The position numbers and the translations under genes were made by a program. This document shows positions 52,753-64,000 of a stretch of DNA of 64,000 bases, in pieces (the first letter of the stretch is position 1; each line of letters starts with the position of its first letter). This stretch comes from Eledone cirrhosa (Eukaryota): positions 266,662,001-266,726,000 of the forward strand of contig OZ024741.1 of assembly GCA_964016885.1 (NCBI GenBank), given 5' to 3'. The notes under the pieces are model-generated. The model did not search any database. It saw only the letters and a list, made by a program, of their open reading frames with translations, and was not told the DNA's origin.

Positions 52753-52760
<8 letters not shown>
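51996..52760 (+). mobile_element. Non-autonomous PLE-type insert with inverted arms (51996-52122 / 52220-52348) and a direct repeat (52123-52232 / 52655-52760)
   Basis: Bounded by (TA)n on both sides. A hammerhead motif overlaps the second direct-repeat copy. Confidence 0.75.
52626..52708 (+). ncRNA. Type I hammerhead ribozyme motif, degenerate, extended stem II
   Basis: acttcc-CTGATGA-c-gaaagg...cctttc-a-GAAA-ctaattag-T-T-ggagt. Confidence 0.55.
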
Positions 52761-53390
<630 letters not shown>

Positions 53391-53442
53391 ATGTGTGTGT
53401 TTACATACATATATATGCATATGCATATATATATATATATAT

Positions 53443-55260
53443 ATTAGACGCAGTCAAACTTATTCTGGAAAACAACACTTTCTTCTTCAATGGAAAGAAT
53501 TACATCCAAATTAGAGGCACAGCGATGGGAACGAAGTTTGCTCCCGTTTACGCGAACTCTGTAATGGGATACATAGAACAACAACTCTACCAAGAAATAG
53601 AGGAAAAATATAGCACTGAATTTAGAAAGTACATTGGAAGAGATACCTTGACGGCTGTTTCGTCATCTGGACAGAATCCCTAGATACTCTGGATGAGTTC
53701 AATATCCTCCTGAATAACCTACACCCATCTCTCCAATTTACAAAAGAGATGAGTAGTACCAAATTACCATTCCTAGATATAATGGTAATCAAAAACGACA
53801 CCACCATTACCACAGATATATACTATAAACACACAGCCACCCATCAATATCTGAATTTTAAGTCGTGCCATCCACCTCACATAAAACGCAACATCCCATA
53901 CTGCCTAGCCAGAAGAATGTGTACCATTGTAGAAGATACGAATGTGTACCATTGTAGACAAACACCTAACAGAACTGAGAGAATGTTTGCTCAAACAAAA
54001 ATACCCATCTCTAGCATACAGCGGGCTATAAAAATACCTATACAACAACTTAGGACAACCCAAGGAAGAAGAAAGCAAGAACTGGTCATACCATTTATAA
54101 TGACACACAACCCATGTCACCAGAATATTTTCAACACTGCCAAAGCAAACCTACCGAATCATTGCTAAAAGTAATGAATTAAAAGGTTTAATCACAGACC
54201 GATCTTTGACTCTTAGTAAAAGACAGCCGAAAAATTTGAAGCAATTACTAACAAAGGCAAAGTTTGACCTTAACAATAAAGACCAATCATTCACTGTATC
54301 TAAATGCAATGATAGTCGATGTGGCACATGTCAATCCATACACACAGGTCAATATATGAGCACAAAAAACTGGAAAAATATTCCTAAATGCAAATATGAA
54401 CTGCAAAAGCAGAAATTTAATTTACTGCATTAAATGCCCGAATTGTGAAGAACTATATGTCGGTCAAACTGGAAATGCACTATCGGAACGTGCACGAGTG
54501 CACCGACAGCAAATCAAAGACCCAAATGTCCGTCAGATACCCCTGAGTAACCATCTAGCAACATGTGGTCAGAAAATATTTATAATATTTCCATTCTACA
54601 AATTACACAGCCCAAGTGAAATCAAGAGAAAAATTAAAGTAAAGAATTTTATTGATAAATTCCAACCCAAGCTAAATGAGCAATAATAATGCTTAGGGGC
54701 ATTGAGTACGCCTACGATCATGTCGACTATGAGTACGCCTACGACCATGTCGACTACCACCACTAACAACAACAATAATAATAATAAAAGTGATGTTGAT
54801 GTTGATAATTACTGAAGATTTTTTATAAAAGCCCTAGAAAATGCTATTTTCATCATTTCTAAAAATAGCAAAACAATTGATGCTTTGGATAGGGTCAAAT
54901 AGAAGTCGTTAGACATGCTCAACCAACCGTAACGCCTAAACCAATCAGCTTTAGTAATCTAGTGAAACTACATACTGATTGGTTGAAATACAGTTTGCAA
55001 AACTTAGCATTCTGTAGCCCCTTTTTACTGTATATAAGGCACAGATTTTAGCCATCTCATTACAGTTGAAAATTGCAAACTTCACTGTCACCACTGAATA
55101 TGAACCTGAAGATTGCGAAAGCATGAAAGTACTTATTCAATTAACATTTAACATTTAACATTTAATATTCTACCATACTATTTCATTATAATATCATTAT
55201 AATTTTAAAGGATTGTAAATAAAACGAGTAAATCAGACAAAGTTGGAATTCCTTTTATTA

Positions 55261-55261
<1 letters not shown>
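53443..55261 (+). mobile_element. 5'-truncated Penelope-like retroelement (RT + GIY-YIG), frameshifted
   Basis: [40 protein letters not shown]...HQYLNFKSCHP, CxxxxCxxC linker, NLIYCIKC...LYVGQTG...R...H. Stop at 54686. Flanked by (TA)n. Confidence 0.93.
55101..55139 (+). ncRNA. Minimal type I hammerhead motif in the PLE 3' repeat
   Basis: tgaac-CTGAAGA-t-tgc-gaaa-gca-t-GAAA-gtac-T-T-attca, with a palindromic stem III and mismatches at the stem bases. Confidence 0.7.
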
Positions 55262-55299
<38 letters not shown>

Positions 55300-55304
<5 letters not shown>

Positions 55305-55615
55305 ATATTAAATAAATGGAAACTATATTTATAAAACCATATTTATTTCCTTGGAAAGAAAACTTGAACCGTTAAGGTATTTTCCTTGGCTGTCAAAATT
55401 TATAAAACACACTTCGTATTTTATCTGATGAAAGCGTACCAAAGTTTTTGTACCCTTGAAATATATATAATAGAATAAATATGGTTTTATAAATATAGTT
55501 TCCATTTATTTAATATCATTGAATACTCCAGAAAATCTGTTGAGTGCTCTGAATCAGTTATAAACATTTATATTTGTTGAATTACCAACAAATTGAATAT
55601 CCCTTCTGCTTATAT
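55300..55615 (+). mobile_element. Short hammerhead-bearing insert with inverted arms (55300-55347 / 55473-55521)
   Basis: caatgatattaaataaatggaaactatatttataaaaccatatttatt is inverted downstream. Homologous to 58795-58950 and 60270-60450. Confidence 0.8.
55417..55477 (+). ncRNA. Type I hammerhead ribozyme, intact core
   Basis: tattttat-CTGATGA-aag.gtac...gtac.ctt-GAAA-tatata-T-A-atagaata: 8-bp stem I and full core. Confidence 0.85.
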
Positions 55616-55629
55616 ATTATATATTATAG

Positions 55630-58452
55630 TTAAAACAGAAAACAAAAACAATAACGAAGAGTGCAGTACAAAGTGTTAGTATTAGGTTCACGCTTGAGAG
55701 TGGGGGGTGTCAGACGACGTTTCGGGCATAAGCCCTTCATCAAGAGAAAAGTGGGAAGGAAAAAAGTTCCGAGGGTGTGAGGGTGAGTGGTGGAAAAACA
55801 TTAAAAGGGGAGGAGAAGAAGGGAAGGAAAAAAATTCAAAAGAGTGTAAAAAGATTAAAATGAAACAAGTGGTGAAAGGGTGGGGGAAGGTGGTCCGAGC
55901 GGGGAGGGCGGAAGGTGGTGTATGTGTGTAGGTGTACGTGTGTGTGTGTATGTGTAGATGTGAGTGTGAGAGTTTGGTGAAGGACGAGGTTGCATGTTCG
56001 GGTAATAGGAAAACCAGTGTGTACATCGGGTGGGGTGTAAGTCAGTGTGTGTATGCATGTGGATGGAGAGGGAGTCAGAGGGGTGGGGGAGAGGGGGTCA
56101 GATGGGGTGGGGGAGAGGGGGCGTGCGGAGTCAGAGTATGTGTATGTGAGGATACGCACGTGTGTGTGTTTTTGTGTGGTGTGGATGTATGGTTGGGTGT
56201 GTGCGAAAATAGTGTATGTGTTTGTGTTTGTGTTTGTTTCTGAATGTTTTTCCGCGGAGTATAGGAAGAGATGGTGAAAAATCCGAGTATAACAGGGTGG
56301 ATGACTGGTGCGGTGTGACCAGTGGTGTAGACTCCTTGGAATGGTGCGGAGGAAGTCAAGAGTTGTTGGGTGCGCGCGCAACAGGAAGTGGTCAAGAGGG
56401 TCAAAGCAGGGCGAAGGATGCGGGAGAGAGGAGATAGCAGTAGGAGGGTGACAGACAGGCAGTGGTAGGGACGACGGCAGACGGGCAGGTGTTAGGGATG
56501 GTTTGTATGTGTGTGTGGAATGTGTGTATGTGTGTGCGGAGGAGCGGTGGACAGACGAGGGGAGGGCTATGTGTGAAAGGTTGAGGGAGAGGGTGGCGGT
56601 GTGTGAGGGGGGTATATTAGTGGAGGTGTTAGTGGGAAGTGTGTGGGGGGTTGGGGTGGGTAGTGCGGGGGAGAGAAAGGTGCTGGGGGCAGTATGAGTG
56701 AGTGTAATGTACTAGTGTGTGTGTGCGATTTTGGGTCTGAGTGTATGTGTGTGTGGTAGGGTGAGTGTTAGTATTATTAGTGGTGGTGGAGGGGGGTAAA
56801 TACGGGTGTGTGAGTGGGGGTTAGTGGTGGTAGTGTGGGTGTGGAGTGGGTGGTGTGTACGTGGATGTGGGTGTGGGTGAGTATATGTGTGATGGTGTGT
56901 GTTCGTGTGTGTGTTTGTGGTTAGGGGGAAGGTGGATTGGGGGATGTTTAGTATTATTAGTGGTGGGGTAGTCGGATGTGTGGGTGGGGGTTAGTGATGG
57001 TAGTAGGGTGTGTGAATAGTGTGAGTGAGTGTATATATGTACTGGTGGGTGTGTGCGTGTTGAGGATGTGGGTGCGCGTGTGATAGGGGGAGGGGTGTGG
57101 TGTTTGTATTATTATTTGTGGGGTGGGCCAAGAGGGTGGGGTGGCTGTAAGTGGAGGGGACGGTGAATCTTGGGAGTGTTAGTAGGGGAAGTGTGTAGAG
57201 GGGGGGGGGGGGGTCCGATGGCTAAAGAAAGAGGGGTGGGGAGTTCAGGCCGGGATGTGTGGGTCTGTAGGGTGAAGATGGTATGTTGCTCGACCCTGAG
57301 GCGGGTTGCGGGGGTCCCTTGGCATTCGATCAGGCCACAAACGGTGAGGTGGTGGGCGGAGTGTCCAGGGGAGCCAAAGTGACGGGCGATGGGGGAACTC
57401 CCGCCCAGACGAATGTCTCGGAGGTGCTCCGTGAACCGACCCGCTAGGCGACGTCCGGTCTGTCCGACATAGGTTGCGCAGAACTCCGTGCAGCGAAGTC
57501 TGAGGACGAGGTTGGAGGCGGGGCAGCGGAAGGCATGCCGGACAGAGAGAGAGTGGCCGTTGGGACCCTGGAAGGTGGTGGTGTTGGTGATGTGGGGCAG
57601 GTGTGGCAACGAGGTCTGGAGCAGGGAAGGGAACCGGGGGCACGAGGGTTGGAGGTCGGAGGATAGCAAGCTGCGGACGAGGAGGTTGTGCGCACGTTTG
57701 AAGGATGGGGGTGGGGTGGGAAGATGGGGGCGAAGGAAGAGGCGGAGGATGGCGTAGTGGAGGAGTGATAGGTGAGAGGGAAGGGGAGATGCTGGGTGGG
57801 GTGAGGGCGGTGGAGCGGTGGACTGCGCGGGCGGAGTGGACGAGTGAGGGGCTAACCTCTCCGGATGAAATGGCTGATCAGAGACAGGGCCAGAGTCTCG
57901 AAGTCAGCATCTCGGCTGCAGAGGCAGCAGATCCGGAGGAGTTGGGAGTAGGGAATGGAGTGTTTGATGTGTGTAGGGTGGGGGGTGTAGTCGAGGTAGG
58001 AGTGGGAGTCGGTGGGTTTGAAGAAGGCGGAGGTGACGAGGGAGCGGTGGGAGGGGTCGATGGCGACGGAGATCTCCAAGAAGTGGACGTGGGTGGTGGA
58101 GATAGAGGTGGTGAAGTGGAGGGAGGGTGGAAGGAGCAGAAGAAGGAGAGAAAGGAGTCGAGCTGTTCTCGGGTGAGGGTCGTGGCTCTGATGCAGTCGT
58201 CGATGTACCGACCGAACAGCTCGGGCGTGGGGCCGGTGTAGTGGGCAAAGATTTGGGCCTCAACATTGCCAATGAAAAGGTTGGCTACCCCAGTGACCTG
58301 CTGGTAAAACTCACCCGGGAAGGAGAAGCAATTAAGGGTGAGGACCAGCTCGGCGAGACGAAGGAGGGTGGCGTGGAGAGGACGGGGGAGGGGCGAAGGT
58401 CGAGGTAGTACTGGAGGGCACATAGGCCGTCAGCGTGGGGGATGACGGTGTA
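55630..58452 (-). mobile_element. GC-rich 5'-truncated Penelope-like retroelement (RT + GIY-YIG) with a long CA-rich 3' region
   Basis: LAELVLTLNCFSF..YQQVTGVA, FGRYIDDCI, FKPTDSHSYLDY, SIPYSQLLRI, NLVLRLRC..YVGQTGRRL..RFTEH. Frameshifted. Confidence 0.93.
55712..55747 (-). ncRNA. Minimal hammerhead motif at the PLE 3' end (C3 appears mutated to U)
   Basis: Minus strand reads tTGATGA-a-gggc-ttat-gccc-GAAA-cgtcg-TC. Stem I is weak. Confidence 0.65.
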
Positions 58453-58454
58453 AA

Positions 58455-58730
58455 AAGTCTAAAGTCTGTCTTAATCCAGAAGGCCCATTTGGCCGGTGCT
58501 TATCCTGGTTTCATGGCGTGAAGCGACTGAAAGTACAAGACTGCCCCCTGGATAGGACGCCAGTCCATCGCAGTGTTACACCCCCAGCTATTGATGGTAC
58601 TCATTTTCAGCTGAGTATACTGGAACAACGTGAAATGAAGTGTTTTGCTCAAGAACACAACACGCAACCCAGGAATCGAACCCACGACATTATGATCGTA
58701 AGTCCAACACCCTTACGATTAGACCACATG
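58455..58730 (-). mobile_element. Well-preserved CORE-type SINE at the 5' truncation point of the PLE
   Basis: Minus strand has A-box tggtctaatcgtaag, B-box ggttcgattcc and CORE-like gtgttcttgagcaaaacacttcatttcacgttg. Confidence 0.85.
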
Positions 58731-58841
58731 CGCGCACACGCACGGGTCTCTGTGTGTGTATTTATATATGTGTGTGTATATATATATAAAGGAATTGAAT
58801 AATCAAAACCTTAGCAGTATGTCGCATATCCAATCTCTCAT

Positions 58842-58906
58842 ATATTTTATCTGATGAAAACGTACTTAAACAGCACTGTACCTTTAAAATATGTATAATA
58901 AAATAT
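58842..58906 (+). ncRNA. Hammerhead motif, probably inactive (GAAA reads AAAA)
   Basis: atattttat-CTGATGA-aaa.gtac...gtac.ttt-aAAA-tatgta-T-A-ataaaatat; homolog of 55417-55477. Confidence 0.7.
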
Positions 58907-59294
58907 ATATTTTGGTTATGAGAATATTTTTCGTTTATTAATATTTTGAATAATATATATATATATATATAATAACTAGAAATTGATTAACATATAAATA
59001 AACATGAATAATCACAGGGGATAATTTTTACAAGTGTGTAACCACACATAGCTAGGTAGGTAACTAAATAAAGTTGACCAGAACTTCAGAAATAGATACC
59101 TTATAATATGATTAATCTTCCCTGTATATATTCCATTAAAGAAATATATTTCACCAATTAATCGGATGGTAAACCACGGAAGTGGGGACTTGGATTTTCA
59201 ACAAGCTTATTTTCCGGGTGATATGGCGCATGTCTTTCTGGCATGACATCCATAATTTTGATTTAGATTAAATTTATTTAATTTATCTTAATTT

Positions 59295-59375
<81 letters not shown>

Positions 59376-59425
59376 GAAAAAGTGGAGATAATATGGTCAA
59401 TAGTACAAAAAAGGAGATTTATTTA

Positions 59426-59534
59426 CAGTCTAACAATTGTTTCACTGATAGAGTTGTCTAAAAATCGCTAAACACTGAAAGTAGTGGCACTCAATTTAAA
59501 ATACATGTTATCTCCACCATATCCTCAGAGACTG
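59426..59534 (-). ncRNA. Type I hammerhead with extended stem II (mirror copy)
   Basis: Minus strand reads cagtct-CTGAGGA-tatggtggag...ctctatcagt-GAAA-caattg-T-T-agactg. Confidence 0.8.
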
Positions 59535-59847
59535 AGAGAACATATGAATATAGGCGTAACCGGTAAATTTACAAATTCAAATTACCACATCAATAATATT
59601 ATTAATAATAAAGATATAGAGAGAAAAAAAAGATTATTATTGATGTGGTAATTTGAATTTGTAAATTTTCCGGTTACGCATATATTTATATTTTCTCTTT
59701 CGTCTTTCTTCTTCCCTTCCTTTCTATCTTCACTATATCTATCCCCCTTCCTTTTTTTCTCTCTATATCTTTATTATCAATATTATTTTTGATGTGGTAA
59801 TTTGAATTTGTAAATTTACCGGTTACGCATATATTTATGTTTGCTCT

Positions 59848-59956
59848 CAGTCTCTGAGGATATGATGGAGAAAACATGTATTTTAAATTGAGTGGTGCTA
59901 CTTTCAGTGTTTAGCGATTTTTAGACAACTCTATTAGTGAAACAATTGTTAGACTG
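59848..59956 (+). ncRNA. Type I hammerhead with a 78-nt stem II domain
   Basis: cagtct-CTGAGGA-tatgatggag...ctctattagt-GAAA-caattg-T-T-agactg: perfect 6-bp stem I and palindromic stem III. Confidence 0.8.
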
Positions 59957-60171
59957 TAAATAAATCTCCTTTTTTGTACTGTTGACTATGTTATTCTCCA
60001 CTTTTTCAATTTTATTACTCCAAGATAAACTTACATAGGAATACAAGTGAAATCATAAACTCGTCATCCACGTAAACCTCTTGTTGAGTCATACAACACC
60101 GCACGTTAAAACTATCCATGATAAGAAGTATTCACAACCTCTAATCGGATTACCTATAACGACATCTTGTT

Positions 60172-60268
<97 letters not shown>

Positions 60269-60269
60269 T

Positions 60270-61529
60270 ATATTAATAAATGGAAACTATATTGATAAAA
60301 CCATATTTATTTTATTATACATATTTCAAGGGCAACCAAGGCAAATTATGGTGCGCTTTCATCAGATAAAATACAGATTTGTTTTATAAATAAATATTGA
60401 CATACCCGGAAAAAAGACAACCTTAACGGTTGGAGCTTCCTGGATAGTGGAGATAGTACATTTATTGAGGGTGATACAAAATTATGAGTGAGTATGCAAA
60501 TGAGCGTCCGAAAGGTTGAAAAGATAACGGTTTATTTAAATTAAACTGTTGGAAGAAGGTGATATGTAAGGGAGAGAGACAAAAAGAAAAAAAGAAAAAA
60601 GAAAGGAGAAAGATAGAAGAGGAAAGAAAGAACGATTATATATATTGATAGTGAAAATAGAGTGCATGAAGAAATAAGTTTCAAAGGATAAATATACACA
60701 GCGTAAGTATATCTAAGTGAAAGAAAAAATGAGATTAACGTGGAAGAATAATATTTATAATGCAGGATTCATTACGTTTTGATTATAATACTTATAATGA
60801 GAGGTTGAAAGATTAGATTAAAAGTAAATTAAAATTAAAAAATTAGAAATCAAAATTAAAGATTAAAATTTACCTCAATATTAAAGATTTAATTTAATAA
60901 TTTAATATTAATAATTAGTTTAAATGTGTATGTTAAGGATTATAAATTATTTAAATAAATATATAGTATTTTACATTAGAGCAAATCTAGTATAGTTTAT
61001 TTTATTAAAAGTTGTAAGTCAAAAATTTAAACATCCAAATAATTCTAAATTTATGAAAAATTTAAGAGAGTTTACAAAGTTTACACTTAGTTATATTATA
61101 AAAACAGTAAGGAAGTGTAAAGGAAGCTAGAGTAAGTGTAAAGGAAGCTTTTTAAGAACTCAGATGACTCTAAGGATTAAATGTTATAAAGTTAAAAAGT
61201 TAAACATTTTTTATCTTAAGAATATAATTAAAACATGAACCATATGTTATTTTATACGAAGTCATAAATTTACTTGCTATAAAGTTAAAACATTTAAAAA
61301 AATTTATCTTAAGAATATATTTAAAGCATAAACCATAGGTTATTCCACATATAAATAAAAAAAACTATATATAAAAATCATATGTTTTTCCACATATATA
61401 TAAACATTTGGATATATATATTAAAAACGTTTGAAGATATAAAAATATAAAAATATAAAAATATAAAAATATTGGAACGTATGAAAATAAGGGATGAAGC
61501 AGGAAGCTATACGAAGAGAATGGGTTTCA

Positions 61530-61530
<1 letters not shown>
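60270..61530 (-). mobile_element. Longer non-coding member of the 55300 hammerhead family, between (TA)n tracts
   Basis: 60270-60450 is the reverse complement of 55345-55515. The remainder is very AT-rich with no recognisable ORF. Confidence 0.65.
60308..60373 (-). ncRNA. Type I hammerhead ribozyme, intact core
   Basis: Minus strand reads tattttat-CTGATGA-aag.gca.cca...tgg.tgc.ctt-GAAA-tatgta-T-A-ataaaata. Confidence 0.87.
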
Positions 61531-61576
<46 letters not shown>

Positions 61577-61773
61577 AAATGAAAAATAACCGAGGTGTCC
61601 TACACGAGTGAAAGTATAAAGAAAAAAAGATGAAATCGAAATTGCAACTGCAGTCTTATTTAAAAAAAATATATATATATTTATTTGGTTCCTTTACCGG
61701 CTTCGCAGTTCTGCTTTTCAAAAGTAGAGTTGAGATGGAGGGTCTGTGGTTTTTCTCACATCATATATATATA

Positions 61774-61906
<133 letters not shown>

Positions 61907-61940
61907 GCACGCACGCACACACACATCTATATACATATAT

Positions 61941-62137
61941 ATAGAAAAATGTATGACCCCGACGGCAGAGTTCAAGCCGTTTCGACGGCTATTTCGGTCC
62001 AGAAATAGCCGTCGAAACGGCTTGAGCTCTGCCGTCGGGGTCATACATTTTCCTATTACCCACTCTACCACCCTAAGTATTGAGTACTCTGCTCTGATGC
62101 GTTATGGTTCATCTGGTTCCTTACCACAACTCCTTCG

Positions 62138-62140
<3 letters not shown>
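61941..62140. repeat. GC-rich hairpin (50-bp arms 61946-62051, 6-nt loop) plus tail, between microsatellites
   Basis: aaaatgtatgaccccgacggcagag...atttc-ggtcca-gaaat...ctctgccgtcggggtcatacatttt. Confidence 0.9.
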
Positions 62141-62233
<93 letters not shown>

Positions 62234-62235
<2 letters not shown>

Positions 62236-62695
62236 TACATGAATCAAAGTTCAGTTTAAATCATTTATTTGCTTACAATTGTTTCCTCCAAACCGAGGTT
62301 TGGATTCTTCGGAGCAACTATTTAGTGATTTTTCACATACTTGACCTCCTTATCAACACAAGAGACATGCAAAAACATATGTATGTTTTTGCATGTCTCT
62401 TGTGTTGATAAGGAGGTCAAGTATGTGAAAAATCACTAAATAGTTGCTCCGAAGAATCCAAACCTCGGTTTGGAGGAAACAATTGTAAGCAAATAAATGA
62501 TTTAAACTGAACTTTGATTCATGTAATCTCTATATAACTGCTCTGTAGAACAACTGATGTTATTACATTGAGCTATTTATCTTACTGGTAATAAGATAGT
62601 AATGAATTACTGTCTCTCACTATTTAGAGTTTAAATATATATAACCATAAAAGGTTTTATTATATACGTAACCATAAATAGTATCCTTAATACTA
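62234..62695. mobile_element. Fold-back insert: palindrome 62234-62527 plus tail, in (TA)n
   Basis: ~147-bp arms centred at 62380/62381. Contains the hammerhead 3' half GAAACAATTGTA. Confidence 0.85.
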
Positions 62696-62815
62696 TATAT
62701 ATATTTATATATATATATGTATATATATGTATATATATATATGTATATATATATATATGAGATATATATGAGATATATATGTATATATGTATATATAAAT
62801 ATATATAAATATATA

Positions 62816-62877
<62 letters not shown>

Positions 62878-63262
62878 ATATGTATGTATATATATGTATG
62901 TGTGTTTGTGAGTCAGTGTACATAGAGGGATTACAGAATTAATCCTATGACATACGGTCTCATTTCATGGAGACAATAATAAAAGTAAAAGAAAGCAGTA
63001 AGGATGTAGAAGTTATCCATGTTTCCACTTAATACAGGATATAATAAGTAGGTAATCGTGAGGCAGGTGACGGGAGCAGATCTGTTGCTTGGTATCTCTG
63101 TCATTCAGCTGTAGAGGATGGGTGGGCGTATAGATGTATTACTGTGGATATTGCTAGATGAAGTTATATATACATACATATGTGTGTGTGTGTGTGTGTG
63201 TGTGTGTTAGTATGTGTATGTATATGTGTGTATATATATATATGTGTGTGTGTATGTGTGTG

Positions 63263-63313
<51 letters not shown>

Positions 63314-63366
63314 GTATGTGTATGTATATGTGTGTATATATATATATGTGTGTGTGTATGTGTGTG

Positions 63367-63407
<41 letters not shown>

Positions 63408-63481
63408 TATGTAAATATAAATATATATATATATGTATCTATGTATGCATATGTGTATACTCATATAAGTATATGTGTGTG

Positions 63482-63525
<44 letters not shown>

Positions 63526-63550
63526 GTATAAAAATCAATACAATATAATG

Positions 63551-63622
63551 ACCTCATTACCAGAGGTTTCCCGAATGAGGCGAATACGAAATAAACGACT
63601 TCATTCGTTCGTCAGACGAGGC
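63551..63622 (-). ncRNA. Type I hammerhead ribozyme motif with extended stem II
   Basis: Minus strand reads gcctcgt-CTGACGA-a-cgaatga...tcattcg-g-GAAA-cc-tct-gg-T-A-atgaggt (GUA cleavage triplet). Lies in a ~170-bp insert between (TA)n tracts. Confidence 0.8.
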
Positions 63623-63697
63623 AATAAATTTTGCTCTGATACTTACATAGAGCACTCTTCATTTCTATGACCTTTTCTGTTTCCAACGGAAATTTCA

Positions 63698-63789
<92 letters not shown>

Positions 63790-64000
63790 ATAATAATAAA
63801 TTTGAAGACTAAAATCCAAAGAGGGCTCGATAAGGATAAATATATATCAAATATATAAGAACCGTAGAGCAAAGTTATTTTAATAAATATATATATATAT
63901 ATACAGAAATATCTCAAGTAAATCAATTGCACCTATACATAAGCACAAACTCATCACAACATCACAACCACAAGCGCATACAAACGCGCAGCAGCAAAAC

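Larger units (their letters stand above)
59372..60176. mobile_element. Fold-back PLE-type insert with ~260-bp inverted arms (59372-59630 / 59752-60010) plus tail
   Basis: The arms are slightly diverged reverse complements. Bounded by (TA)n and (CT)n(TA)n. Confidence 0.88.

Noticed and set aside
54687-55100. SECIS element or selenoprotein-type PLE
   Set aside because: I found no convincing AUGA/GA quartet hairpin and no UGA at a conserved Cys position in the readable fragments.
57705-58408. Plus-strand G/E/V-rich ORFs
   Set aside because: Antisense shadows of the GC-rich minus-strand Penelope ORF.
59130-59230. Minus-strand GAAATATATT resembling a hammerhead 3' half in a (TA)n-bounded insert
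   Set aside because: No CTGANGA and low complexity, so it cannot be supported, although the insert may be another PLE tail.

Overview
AT-rich, microsatellite-dense animal genomic DNA. The SINE families and composition suggest an octopus or other coleoid cephalopod (inference). Bases ~1-41 kb hold the 3' half of a + strand adducin (hts/ADD-like) gene. Five conserved neck exons (2.3-5.9 kb) are followed by small phase-1 symmetric cassette exons and candidate alternative last exons across ~30 kb, then a terminal exon encoding the MARCKS-like basic domain (stop at 37186). The introns carry tRNA-derived SINEs, about 20 co-oriented copies of one TTAA-flanked MITE, minisatellites and two long inverted repeats. 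After ~43 kb, CpG becomes visibly common. This part holds a decayed CRE-type non-LTR element, a candidate bidirectional promoter near 49.3-49.7 kb and, from 52 to 64 kb, a Penelope-like element (PLE) hotspot. The hotspot has two RT+GIY-YIG remnants and many short fold-back inserts in (TA)n tracts, carrying about eight readable type-I hammerhead ribozyme motifs plus several half motifs, some with greatly extended stem II. That ribozyme/palindrome cluster and the modular adducin tail are the most interesting signals. All calls were made by eye; no database searches or folding programs were run.
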